Shown here piece after piece: positions 28,326-37,444 of a stretch of DNA of 64,000 nucleotides. The number at the start of each line of letters is the position of its first letter. Position 1 is the first letter of the stretch. The notes beneath the pieces are model-generated. The model was not told where the DNA came from and made no database searches. It saw nothing but the letters and a program-made list of their open reading frames with translations. This stretch comes from a virus (lineage: Duplodnaviria; Caudoviricetes): positions 32,001 to 96,000 of IMG/VR virus record IMGVR_UViG_2974670102_000001. The stretch is one strand, 5' to 3'. A program made the translations under genes and the position numbers.

Positions 28326-28982
28326 TTACTTCTTGGGGCGCGGACGCGCCGGGGTCTTGGTGTAGACGATGCGCGTGCGTTCGGGCTTGCGTCCGTTAGC
28401 GGTGTCACTGGCCTTCGAATACATCTTGCGGGGCACGTCAATCCAGCCGTTCTCGGAAGTGCTGGACGCCTCAACCTGATAGATCGTAGTGAACGAGGGC
28501 GCGAAGTTCTCGTGCCAGTAGCGCGTGAGCATGTTCGCGATGATGTGGCCCACGCGATCCTGAAGCTGTTCGCCGTTCTTCTCGTACTGGATGCGGCCCC
28601 AGCCACGAAGGCGCAGCACCCCGTCTTCGGATGCCGGATCGTCGGCCACCATATTGCCGTCCGCGTCCATGATGAAGCCACAGTTGTAGACGAACGGAGG
28701 TCGGTACAGATCGAGCGCGCGGCTCGTCAACTCACCGACTTGCGGCTCGGTGTGTTCGGCTGAACGCCGCAGGCCCTCAGCAACAGCAGCGTCCCAGATT
28801 TCCTGTTCGTCGGGGGCACGGCCATTGAGGGCGATGAAACCACCACGGAAGCTTGCGAGTGTCGGCATGGGTTGCTCCTTTAAGCGAGAAGTGCGAGAAG
28901 TGCGATGGGGATCATAATCAGCGTGGTCACGATCTCGATGGGCGTCGATTTGTCGGCCCAGTTCGCACGTGCCATCTTGCAC
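28326..28982 (-). CDS. hypothetical protein (start may be the internal MPTLAS)
   Basis: AAGGAG RBS precedes the internal MPTLAS start. Confidence 0.6.
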   Translation of the reverse strand: MQDGTCELGRQIDAHRDRDHADYDPHRTSRTSRLKEQPMPTLASFRGGFIALNGRAPDEQEIWDAAVAEGLRRSAEHTEPQVGELTSRALDLYRPPFVYNCGFIMDADGNMVADDPASEDGVLRLRGWGRIQYEKNGEQLQDRVGHIIANMLTRYWHENFAPSFTTIYQVEASSTSENGWIDVPRKMYSKASDTANGRKPERTRIVYTKTPARPRPKK

Positions 28983-29074
28983 AGATGGATACGCGTGTTC
29001 AGCGCCATGAACGTGATCGCAGCAACCTTGAGCGTGTAAAGCATTTCATCCCCTATCCGTTAATCGATAATAGG

Positions 29075-29103
29075 AGTATCGCACGCATCGTTACCGCTGT
29101 CAA
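29075..29103 (-). promoter_or_regulatory. sigma70-like early promoter
   Basis: TTGACA-17 bp-GATACT on the minus strand. Confidence 0.7.
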
Positions 29104-29106
29104 ACG

Positions 29107-29129
29107 AAAACGGACCCGAAGGTCCGTTC
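29107..29129 (-). terminator. Rho-independent terminator
   Basis: AACGGACC CGAA GGTCCGTT (UUCG loop on the minus strand). Confidence 0.7.
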
Positions 29130-29131
29130 TC

Positions 29132-29431
29132 TTAGTTCGCGACGTTGAAGTCGACGCGGCGCTCGTACACCAGAGTGGCGTACGGGAAGCCGATCAGCAT
29201 GCCGTTGATTAGGCGCACACCGAACAACTCACTCATGCCATCGGTCTCGACGTTGCCGTTGGTATCGATCAGCATGTACAGGTCTTCCGGACCATTGTCC
29301 AGACGCTGCGAGAACACGGTGCCATACCCCTTCTGCGAAAGGGCCTCGGGCTCGCGCACCACTTGCGTGAACTTGATGTTTTCGGCGTTGACGCCAGCGA
29401 ACTTGCGGGCAGGTGCTTTCTTGGTGCTCAC
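29132..29431 (-). CDS. hypothetical protein
   Basis: 99 aa, GTG start overlapping the upstream stop. Confidence 0.65.
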   Translation of the reverse strand: MSTKKAPARKFAGVNAENIKFTQVVREPEALSQKGYGTVFSQRLDNGPEDLYMLIDTNGNVETDGMSELFGVRLINGMLIGFPYATLVYERRVDFNVAN

Positions 29432-30081
29432 TGCTTTTCCTCCAGTTGTTTGAACTCCAGACGCGGAAGCGCGTCACGCACCGCACTCTTTTCGTTCGTG
29501 ATCGTGGCGATCAGTGTCTCACGCGCGCCGGGCGTCGAGGCCAGTTGATGCACGCGCTCCATATGCGGCATGATCTCGGTCTTGAACGCGGGATGCAGGC
29601 GCATGGTCTCGAAGTGGTCGTGCGGAATCATACCCTGCGTCATGATGTAGTTCTCGGCGCGGCGCATGAGCGTGAACTTCCACTCGTCTGCCTGTGCAGC
29701 CTGAAATGCCTCGGCGTCCGGCAGGTGTGCATATTTGCGCAGCGGCGTGATGCGCTTGATGCACTCGTGAATGAACGCGATCTCAGCCTCGCAGGCTGCG
29801 ACGTTGGCATCGTTGATCTCGGACATTGCCGTGATCTCTTCAAGATCGGCGCGGGCTTCCAAACGCTCCCACTCGTGCTCGGCGTTGTTGATCTGCGCAT
29901 GCGCCTTCAACTGCTTTGCGAGCGTGCGCTTGGCCCCGGCCTTGGACATAGCGAGAGCGGCCTCACGGTCCTGTCGAAGATCGTGAAGTAGCGCGTACGC
30001 AGCATCTGCTGTGTGGCAGGCACCGACCATGAAGTACGCGATCTGAAAATCATGGTTTTGTCGATTAGTTTTGTATTGCAT
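29428..30081 (-). CDS. helical hypothetical phage protein, possible partner or chaperone of the adjacent repeat protein
   Basis: Start re-assigned to MQYKTN (AGGA RBS); coiled-coil character. Confidence 0.65.
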   Translation of the reverse strand: MQYKTNRQNHDFQIAYFMVGACHTADAAYALLHDLRQDREAALAMSKAGAKRTLAKQLKAHAQINNAEHEWERLEARADLEEITAMSEINDANVAACEAEIAFIHECIKRITPLRKYAHLPDAEAFQAAQADEWKFTLMRRAENYIMTQGMIPHDHFETMRLHPAFKTEIMPHMERVHQLASTPGARETLIATITNEKSAVRDALPRLEFKQLEEKQ

Positions 30082-30120
30082 AAGTCCTAATTTTAGAGTA
30101 TCACACAACAGGAGAAAATC

Positions 30121-31062
30121 ATGCTGCTCTTCAACCCACTCTGGAACAACATAAACAAACCGTGGGGCGTTGGGCGTGCCGTGTTCGGTGGTGGTTCAAG
30201 TTCTGCATTCAACGGCACGAACGTTATCCGCCAGTACACGTTTGCGACCAACACGTGGGCATCGTCCACGACCCTGACATTCGCCCCATACTACGTGGCC
30301 GCAGGCGGCAACGAAACTGAAGCGATCTTCGGCGGCGGTCAGGTCACAACTCCGTCGCCGGGTCCAACCAACACCACCAACAAGTACAACTACAACGCAA
30401 ACGTCTGTGCAGTTGGAACTAACTTGGCCCGAACGCGGTCGAACGCGGCTGGTACAGCAGACGCCAACAATGCTTACTTCTTGGGCGGGGCTGGTGTCAC
30501 GATCACCGAACTGTACAACTTCTCGTCAGACACCGTTAGCGATGGCGGCGCTATCAACAACCCTCCCTACAAGCAAGGGGCAGCGGCCGGTAATGACACG
30601 CAAGCTGCTATTCTTGGGGCCGACAGCGGAGCGGGTGCCAACAACGTTACAATCTACAACTACGCTGCTGGCTCTACGAGCCCGGGCCCCAGCCTCGCAA
30701 ATGGCTTGCAGAGCAGCAGCGCCTGCGGGCTCCCAAGCATGGGCCTGTACGGCGGTGGTTACGATAACACGGCCGCTGCGCGTACTGCTGCCACGTGGAA
30801 GTACACGTACGGTGCGGGCACCCTAGTTTCTGGGACCGCGCTTAGCGTACCGCGTAACCTGCTGGCCGCCACTAACTCCGACAAGACCGGAGTGTTCGGC
30901 GGTGGTATCGGTGATGCCAACGGATCGTATTACTCCACGGTCGACCTGTACGCGTTTGCCACAGACACGGTAACAACAGGCGCGAGTCTTGGGACTCCCA
31001 CAAACGACTTGGCTGCGGCCTCGTCTCCTAACGGTGGACTCACGCCCCCGACAACGCCTTAA
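30121..31062 (+). CDS. Kelch-like beta-propeller repeat protein (putative fibre / receptor-binding)
   Basis: About six (A/G)xFGGG...Y.F/Y....V.G..L repeats; AGGAG RBS; AATTTTA motif at 30089. Confidence 0.7.
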   Translation: MLLFNPLWNNINKPWGVGRAVFGGGSSSAFNGTNVIRQYTFATNTWASSTTLTFAPYYVAAGGNETEAIFGGGQVTTPSPGPTNTTNKYNYNANVCAVGTNLARTRSNAAGTADANNAYFLGGAGVTITELYNFSSDTVSDGGAINNPPYKQGAAAGNDTQAAILGADSGAGANNVTIYNYAAGSTSPGPSLANGLQSSSACGLPSMGLYGGGYDNTAAARTAATWKYTYGAGTLVSGTALSVPRNLLAATNSDKTGVFGGGIGDANGSYYSTVDLYAFATDTVTTGASLGTPTNDLAAASSPNGGLTPPTTP

Positions 31063-31331
31063 TGCCTGTTGCTATAGAGGTAGGGGAATGCGATGGACTT
31101 CCACGCACCCCTTTCCAGCGGAGACGAGAACTCAAACTCCGGATCACCCACGGCTCCGCGCACGGCCGCCAGAATGATGTCACCACACGGGGAACCAGCA
31201 GCGCGCAGCATCAGCAGGTTGCTGATAAACGAGCCCCACAGTTCCGCAGGCGCGTGCGAATAGCCCGGCTTGAGCGGTGCTTCGCTTTCCGTGAATACCT
31301 GATCTGCAATCATGTCGACTCCCATAAACAA
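31059..31331 (-). CDS. hypothetical protein
   Basis: 90 aa ORF convergent with the propeller gene; start uncertain. Confidence 0.45.
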   Translation of the reverse strand: MFMGVDMIADQVFTESEAPLKPGYSHAPAELWGSFISNLLMLRAAGSPCGDIILAAVRGAVGDPEFEFSSPLERGAWKSIAFPYLYSNRH

Positions 31332-31333
31332 AG

Positions 31334-31359
31334 AACCCCCAGTCTAGCTGGGGGTTTTT
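31334..31359. terminator. terminator hairpin
   Basis: AACCCCCAG TCTAG CTGGGGGTTTT. Confidence 0.7.
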
Positions 31360-31375
31360 CATTTGTCAACCGCTT

Positions 31376-32113
31376 TTACAGCGACGCGTCGAGATAGCCG
31401 TACTCGTAACCGACCCCCGCCAAAGTGAGCGAGAACCCCATCGAGAAACGAAATGCCACGTATTTGGCGGTTCGTTCAATGTCGGGATAGCGGTCTTCCT
31501 TCAGCTGGGCCGGAGGCCCCTTATAGACACGCGTACGGTGGAAGTCACCGATGCTGATGGCGCTCACGGTCATGGCTTCGGTCGGGTCAAGAACCTCGTT
31601 CTCTCGCGTCTCGTTGAGGGTGATGCGCTGAATGCCACAGTCGAAGTTGGAAATCAGATCGAGAAGATCGTCATTCTGTGCCACGACCGCATAGGTGTTC
31701 GGGGTCGTGAGACGCGACGCCAGATCACGCGAAGTCGCTTCGACGATTGGGGTGCGCCCCTGACGGATCAGGTTCATGGCCATGCGCTCGACGCCAATGC
31801 GTAACGAATCGACCAAACCCGTGATCCTTTCGCGGGTCTTGGTTTCGTCGTCACTGTACAGAAACGCCGGACACACGCTGACGTGAACGGTCTTGGTTTC
31901 GCTGGTTTCAGCAACCTGCTCGATCCGCGTCGGGCTTATGACACGATAGGTGCCGGGCGTTGCGACCACGGGTGCTCCGGACGGACGGAACAGTGAAAGA
32001 ATCTTCGACGACGCTACGTTAGCATCGATCTCGTCACAGAGGATTTCCGCAACGTGTTCATACTTCTGCTTGTGTAGTAGTTCAACTACTTGGTCTACGG
32101 TACTGGGACTCAA
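31376..32113 (-). CDS. divergent, truncated major-capsid-protein paralog
   Basis: Colinear blocks with 7454..8542, e.g. RENEVLDPTEAMTVS vs REHKVLDQGEFFVIS; TTG start with AGGAG RBS. Confidence 0.55.
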   Translation of the reverse strand: MSPSTVDQVVELLHKQKYEHVAEILCDEIDANVASSKILSLFRPSGAPVVATPGTYRVISPTRIEQVAETSETKTVHVSVCPAFLYSDDETKTRERITGLVDSLRIGVERMAMNLIRQGRTPIVEATSRDLASRLTTPNTYAVVAQNDDLLDLISNFDCGIQRITLNETRENEVLDPTEAMTVSAISIGDFHRTRVYKGPPAQLKEDRYPDIERTAKYVAFRFSMGFSLTLAGVGYEYGYLDASL

Positions 32114-32163
32114 TGTCGCTCCTGATGTGGAAAGGGGCCCGGTTTCCCGAGCCCCGTTGCGTT

Positions 32164-33630
32164 TTACAGCACGATCAGGTCAGTGTTGTGCGCGTAAGGC
32201 TGCGCAAACCGCTTTGCCAGTTCGGCCCCGGCTTCGGCCGCCGCACGCACCTCACTGAACGTCTGCTCGTTGAACAGCTTGCCGTCTTCGTAGACAGTGC
32301 GCAGGATGTTTTCCCGAGCCCCGAGTTCCGACGACTGAATGACTTCGAGGATGCCGCTCTCGTTGCGGACCACCGCGAGGTGCCCCTTGAGCGACTTCTT
32401 CGACGACGCAGTGATCGGGTCCTTCATAATCCCGGTCCATGCCTCGCGGCCATTCGTGACAGCACTTGCCTTCTGGGCGTGACCCAGTACATCCCGGTTG
32501 GTGGCTTGAAGCAGTGCGCCACCCATGCCGAATGCTACGTTCTCGGCACTGAACCCATGGAGTTCGAGGGCCCGCAGAATCGCGATGATCGAATCACGGT
32601 TCACACCGTCACCCTGAATCACACGCACGCTCGGATGGAGCACCTTGAAGCCCTTGCTGTTGGTCGTCGTCCCGAAGCTTGCGGCCAGCGACTTGACGCA
32701 GTACAGCACCACGGAAACCGGGTCTCCCGAGTCCGGGCGAATGACGACACGCCCACCCTTCGACAAGACCTTCTCCTTCAACTGCTTGCCCCAGATGTTG
32801 TCGACAGCATTGTAGATGTCGTATGCATCCGAGACGCAGGCATACACGCGCCCTTCCCCACCGAACTTGTCGATCATGTTCGAGTAGGCGTCGGCTTCGC
32901 GGTCGCGACCCCACGAAGTCACCGTGAAGTGCTCCATGGCCGGGATCGAGAAACCAGCGGCAGTTTCGTCGTAGTAACGACGAGCCGCCACCAGTGCCGG
33001 AACCGTATCGGTCCCGAGGAAGTTCACGAGGTGGGCCATGCCACCCAGTGCTGCCGTTTGCACCGACGATGCGCCACGTGCTCCGAAGTCGTGCAGCATA
33101 AACTTAACTGCGGACTCAGGATCGTCACACGTGCGGTTGAGAAACGCGCGCAGGTCCTGCTTGATGTGCCACGAGAGCGTTGCGACAGCCGTTGCGTACC
33201 ATACAGCGCGCAACAGTCGCGTCTCCATGAACTGACCGAGTTCTGCGAGTCCCGGAGCCGTGTTCCGCACTTGGTAATACGGGACGTGGTTCGGGACGAG
33301 CGTACCCTCGGGCAGAGCCGAAATGCTCACGGGCGGAAGACCACCGTGCTCGTTGACGATACGCATGAACTGCTCGTACGGGAACGTTCCCGAGTGAGCC
33401 ATCGCGATATCACGAGCCTCTTCTACTTGTTCGCGCGTCAGCGGGTTTGCCACGATATTCCGCAACTCTGCCTGAAGGCCGAAGAAGATGGAAGCGCGGT
33501 ATTCCTTGTCCGACCGTGCCGAGCAGTACGACGATGCGAACTGGACTCCGGCCGGAAGCTGCTCCGAATGGCTCCATTTGTAGCTGTCGGTGTCGAGCGC
33601 GAACGAGATAGCGAGATTGGTATTTTCCAT
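32164..33630 (-). CDS. nadV: nicotinamide phosphoribosyltransferase (Nampt)
   Basis: DTDSYKWSH, LHDFGARG, NFLGTDT, SIPAMEH, VSDAYD, RPDSGDP, IQGDG, FGMGGALLQ. Confidence 0.95.
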   Translation of the reverse strand: MENTNLAISFALDTDSYKWSHSEQLPAGVQFASSYCSARSDKEYRASIFFGLQAELRNIVANPLTREQVEEARDIAMAHSGTFPYEQFMRIVNEHGGLPPVSISALPEGTLVPNHVPYYQVRNTAPGLAELGQFMETRLLRAVWYATAVATLSWHIKQDLRAFLNRTCDDPESAVKFMLHDFGARGASSVQTAALGGMAHLVNFLGTDTVPALVAARRYYDETAAGFSIPAMEHFTVTSWGRDREADAYSNMIDKFGGEGRVYACVSDAYDIYNAVDNIWGKQLKEKVLSKGGRVVIRPDSGDPVSVVLYCVKSLAASFGTTTNSKGFKVLHPSVRVIQGDGVNRDSIIAILRALELHGFSAENVAFGMGGALLQATNRDVLGHAQKASAVTNGREAWTGIMKDPITASSKKSLKGHLAVVRNESGILEVIQSSELGARENILRTVYEDGKLFNEQTFSEVRAAAEAGAELAKRFAQPYAHNTDLIVL

Positions 33631-33634
33631 GATT

Positions 33635-33693
33635 TGCAACTCCTGTTGCTGAAAGGTTGAGAAACCGTGTGCTCTTGCTCACGGGTACTACGG
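33635..33693 (-). promoter_or_regulatory. conserved two-hairpin leader, copy 1 (nadV)
   Basis: Near-identical to 35190-35250; see findings. Confidence 0.7.
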
Positions 33694-33707
33694 CACTGCT
33701 CACGCGC

Positions 33708-34031
33708 TCACTCTTGGAGTCGCGCTTCTTCTGACGGCAGGCCAATGTCTTTTGCACCGGCCGCCGCCAACTCCTTGATCCTGTTGATCGTTGTTTCCTT
33801 CATGGAGACATACGAACGCCTTCCGTCTTCCGTGCGCACGGGCACCAGACGCGACTTCGGGAACTTGTTGATAGCGCAGTCCATCGCATCGTGGATGATA
33901 GGTGTCGGGGCCGTTCGGAGACCACGACATGCTGCCTGATCCTTCGGCATGAACTGCCACGCAGGCGGCCCATCGATGATTCGGATTTGAGCGTTGTCCG
34001 GAAATTCGAAAGTTGCCACGCACACCCCCAT
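33708..34031 (-). CDS. hypothetical protein between the NAD-salvage genes
   Basis: 107 aa ORF behind its own sigma70-like promoter. Confidence 0.55.
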   Translation of the reverse strand: MGVCVATFEFPDNAQIRIIDGPPAWQFMPKDQAACRGLRTAPTPIIHDAMDCAINKFPKSRLVPVRTEDGRRSYVSMKETTINRIKELAAAGAKDIGLPSEEARLQE

Positions 34032-34049
34032 GAATTAAACAGTACAGCT

Positions 34050-34078
34050 ATTCTGCCAGACTTCGGTCGATCAGTCAA
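34050..34078 (-). promoter_or_regulatory. sigma70-like promoter
   Basis: TTGACT-17 bp-CAGAAT with TG extension. Confidence 0.55.
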
Positions 34079-34081
34079 ACA

Positions 34082-35188
34082 TTAATCGACAGGGATGAGA
34101 TCGATCATCTTCTGGACGATGAAGAAGTGGTCGCTGTACATTTCCTTCGGGTCCAGCAGGCCGAGCGGCACCCACCGAACTTCCGCGAAGTCGTCGTCGG
34201 CCTTCACCTCGATCAGCTTCTCTGCGTCGTTCAGCAGGTACAGGTAGGCGTGCGTGACGATACGACCACGCGTCTCGCCACGGTTCGGGTCCGAGAACAC
34301 ATGCTTGAATCGGAAAGCCAGCTTCATCGTGTCACGGCTCACCCGAATGCACGTCTCTTCGACAGCTTCACGGCACGAAGTGTTGAAGATGGTTTCGCCT
34401 GCGTGGGCAAACCCACCCGGCAGCGCCCACAGGCCCTTGCCCGGATTGAACTTGCGTCGCCCCAGCAGAACGTGGCCACTCTGGATGATCACCGAGTCTG
34501 CCGTCGTCATGATCGGCGCGTAGCTCTTGCCCTTGCCATCGCGACCACGGTAGCCGTGCTCTTCCAGATACTCCTTCGAGAACTTGATCTCGGCGTTGAG
34601 CGCGTCGATCACGTCGAGGTGTGCCCAGCCCCAGTGTTTGAGATAGGATTTCACTTCCGGATGCACGAGTTCCGTGATATCCGTGATGCCCTGTTCCCAA
34701 CACTGACCGCCACCGAACAACAGGTTGCGGACCGTCGTTGCGTCCAGCACTTCTCCGTTGACATTGAAACTGTTGACGCAGCGCGAATCCCACTGCGGGA
34801 ACTTCTTCAGGTAGTAGGACGAGTCGTCCTTCGAGTGGCCGATCAATCGGACCTCGACCTCGTGACCGCCAGCCCGAATCATCTGCACGTAGCGGTCGAC
34901 CTCGCGATGCACGGCCGCCATCCACTTGAAGTCGTTCTCGTGGAGGAAGTCGTCCAGCGTTTCGAACGCGATCTTGCTCACATTCTCCTGCTCACCATAG
35001 ACGGCGCGAAGCATGTCGATCACTTCGCATGCGGTCCACGGATTCTTGACGGTGCGCGGACGGTTTGCCGAGCCCACCAGAACCAACGTCAGGTCCGAGA
35101 TCGCAAGACTCGTATCGATGATCTGCTGGTGGCCGAGGTGGAGAGGGCGAAAGCGGCCGATGAAGACCGAAAGTTTCTTGATGCTCAT
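34082..35188 (-). CDS. nadM: bifunctional NMN adenylyltransferase / ADP-ribose pyrophosphatase (NadM-Nudix, NatV-like)
   Basis: IGRFRPLHLGH, VGSAN, KNPW, GHSKDDSSYYL, DATTVR; Nudix PGGF...REAVEET. Confidence 0.93.
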   Translation of the reverse strand: MSIKKLSVFIGRFRPLHLGHQQIIDTSLAISDLTLVLVGSANRPRTVKNPWTACEVIDMLRAVYGEQENVSKIAFETLDDFLHENDFKWMAAVHREVDRYVQMIRAGGHEVEVRLIGHSKDDSSYYLKKFPQWDSRCVNSFNVNGEVLDATTVRNLLFGGGQCWEQGITDITELVHPEVKSYLKHWGWAHLDVIDALNAEIKFSKEYLEEHGYRGRDGKGKSYAPIMTTADSVIIQSGHVLLGRRKFNPGKGLWALPGGFAHAGETIFNTSCREAVEETCIRVSRDTMKLAFRFKHVFSDPNRGETRGRIVTHAYLYLLNDAEKLIEVKADDDFAEVRWVPLGLLDPKEMYSDHFFIVQKMIDLIPVD

Positions 35189-35189
35189 G

Positions 35190-35250
35190 TGCAACTCCTG
35201 TTGCTAGTGGGTTAAAAGCGAGGCTCTTGCCTCACCTACTCTTTACTACG
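35190..35250 (-). promoter_or_regulatory. conserved two-hairpin leader, copy 2 (nadM), plus GTAGTAAA promoter motif
   Basis: 16/16 identity of the RBS hairpin with the nadV leader; covarying upstream hairpin. Confidence 0.7.
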
Positions 35251-35259
35251 GGGCCCAGT

Positions 35260-35520
35260 TTAAACCGAAACCCCAAGAAGTTCAAGCTCACCTTTCGTGA
35301 TCTTGATCTTCAGTCGCGTAACCGCCAGTTCCTTCTGGGCACTACGGATGTCGTAGGCCGCGCGGTACGAGATTTGGGACGATTCGTTGAGAAGGTCGAC
35401 GAGCGCCGTGGTGTCGGCCTCAAGCCCGACCTCGATGATCGAGAGTTTGCGCAGGCGGCGCTTCAGGATCGCGATCTTGAATTTCTTGAACATATGAAAA
35501 AGCCCCTGTGGTTTAGACAA
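35260..35520 (-). CDS. hypothetical coiled-coil protein
   Basis: 86 aa ORF; likely start is the internal MFKKFK. Confidence 0.5.
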   Translation of the reverse strand: MSKPQGLFHMFKKFKIAILKRRLRKLSIIEVGLEADTTALVDLLNESSQISYRAAYDIRSAQKELAVTRLKIKITKGELELLGVSV

Positions 35521-35545
35521 GGGCTTATTCTACAGCAACAACGTT

Positions 35546-37444
35546 TTACGTCAAGTACTTCGTGGTGAATTGCGCCCACGTCATGGCTTTCGATCCAGCC
35601 TTCTCGATCTTGCCCACGAACTTCGCGCCTTCACGGTACAGCAGCACCGTCATCTTCGAGCCGTAGGGCACAACCGTGCCGCCCAGACTTTCGACTTTGG
35701 CCTCTTCGTCCTTTGAACGGTAGCTCGTCCATGCGACGTTGACGCCCGCCAACTTGGTGCCTGATGCCTGCTTCTTCTGCGGCAGATCGCCGTCGATCTT
35801 GATCATGCCTTTGAGCGGCCGATACCATTTGCGGAACTCATACACGCCCTTGACCAGAACTTCGATGGTGGCGTGTTTGAACCCACGAATCTTCCCGACC
35901 TCGTTCCAGATGCCGTGCCTGTCGAGGTTGCAAAGCGTTTTCATGCTCATGCCTGCCTCTTCAAGCTGTGCCAGTTTCCGGACACCCATACCGCCTTCGG
36001 TGAAGCAACCGCTTGCCACCATCAGGGACTTGAGCGAGACCGGAGCGCATAGCACACGCTTCAGTTCCCGCATCATCTTCGGCCACTGTGCCTTTCCGAA
36101 CTCGGCAATGCATCCAGCCTCGAACGCCGATGGCAGCGGCTGTGTCGCCACCTGCACCAACTTGTCGGTCGTCGTGATGCCCATATCGTACAGCTTGGCC
36201 AACGACTTCTCCGCGAACTGCTCGATGCCGAGCGTCGTGCAGAAGAAGTGCAGGCGACGCACGTCTGTCACCGTCGTGTCATTGTCGAGTGCATACACGA
36301 ACCGACCACGGAACTCATACGGGCCCGGGGGCGGCGTCCATGCCGCGCGCTTGACCGTCCCCACGATCTTCGGGATCACGTCGCCCGAGCGCAGAATCCG
36401 GACAAGCGCCCCCACACCGATACCCTTCTCCTTCATCCACGTTGCATTGTGGGCCGTTGCCTGCGTTACAGTCACACCGTCGATCTCAATAGGTTTGATC
36501 TTGATCTTCGGTTGCCAGCGGCCGAGGCGCGTCTTCTTCCACTGGATGGCAATCACCTCTACCACATCGGCGTTTGCTTCGTCATTGACCTTGAACGCGA
36601 ACATTCGCTTTGGCTTGTCCGCGCTATCGTAGTCCATCACGAAGTCCACGGGGCTCACAACAAACCCGTCCAGCCGGTATGGGCTCAGGTAGCGCGCCTT
36701 GTTAAGCTGCTCCGTCAGGTACGCAGCATCCAGCTTGTCCAGACGGCCATAGGTAACGACCTCGAACCCCCACGTGTCTGCGTTCTTGAGGCTGCGCAGC
36801 AACAGCGTTTCGTCCGCATTCGGGTATATGCCGAGCACGACCAGTGACACGTCCTTGAGAGCCCGTGACGACCACGACCGGTTGAACAGGCCGTTGACCA
36901 TAGCCCGTGCGTTCTCGAACCCGTTCTCACCTGCTGCCTGCTTGCTGTACTTCTTCTGGAACTTCTCGTCGGCCATCAGGGCTTCGAGGCGCAACACGGT
37001 CTGCGCCTTAGTCGGGATAGTGGCCGGGATACGCTTGTATTCCACCAGTTTCGGGATCAGGTACGACACGTCGCGCCCAACCTCACCGTCACCACGGGTG
37101 ATCAGCATTCTGGGCTTGCGGCCCTTATACACGAGTTGCAGGCTCGTGCCGTCCAGCTTAGACATCCCGAAGTACTTGGTGGTCGAGGGCTCGCGCTTTG
37201 CGAACTTGGGCACGTCTTCCGGATACGCCTTTTCCAAGCTTGGCATAAAGTGCACGAGTTCGACCGCTTCCTTCTCGTCCGCTATACGTACGCCAGTCTG
37301 GTCGAGTTCTTTCCAGTCCGGCGCACGTTTGCGAAGCTGGTCTTCGAGGTGATCGAATTCCGGATCGCTGATAATCTCCTTCTCTTCGTTGTAGTACGCC
37401 CACTTGGCGCGCACGTACAACTCCTTCATTTCAGAAAGCTTCAT
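35546..37444 (-). CDS. ligA: NAD-dependent DNA ligase
   Basis: AYYN...ISDPEFD, MPSLEK, KLDG (motif I), TRGDG, RLDG, AFK, TAHN, RSGDVIP, C-terminal BRCT-like domain; ATGA-coupled start at 37444. Confidence 0.93.
   Translation of the reverse strand: MKLSEMKELYVRAKWAYYNEEKEIISDPEFDHLEDQLRKRAPDWKELDQTGVRIADEKEAVELVHFMPSLEKAYPEDVPKFAKREPSTTKYFGMSKLDGTSLQLVYKGRKPRMLITRGDGEVGRDVSYLIPKLVEYKRIPATIPTKAQTVLRLEALMADEKFQKKYSKQAAGENGFENARAMVNGLFNRSWSSRALKDVSLVVLGIYPNADETLLLRSLKNADTWGFEVVTYGRLDKLDAAYLTEQLNKARYLSPYRLDGFVVSPVDFVMDYDSADKPKRMFAFKVNDEANADVVEVIAIQWKKTRLGRWQPKIKIKPIEIDGVTVTQATAHNATWMKEKGIGVGALVRILRSGDVIPKIVGTVKRAAWTPPPGPYEFRGRFVYALDNDTTVTDVRRLHFFCTTLGIEQFAEKSLAKLYDMGITTTDKLVQVATQPLPSAFEAGCIAEFGKAQWPKMMRELKRVLCAPVSLKSLMVASGCFTEGGMGVRKLAQLEEAGMSMKTLCNLDRHGIWNEVGKIRGFKHATIEVLVKGVYEFRKWYRPLKGMIKIDGDLPQKKQASGTKLAGVNVAWTSYRSKDEEAKVESLGGTVVPYGSKMTVLLYREGAKFVGKIEKAGSKAMTWAQFTTKYLT

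Noticed and set aside
30121-31062. Diversity-generating retroelement target
   Set aside because: No template/variable repeat pair and no reverse transcriptase were seen in the window.
35546-37444. DNA ligase lacks the tetracysteine Zn finger
   Set aside because: Some viral NAD-dependent ligases are known to lack it; not evidence of a pseudogene or of novelty.
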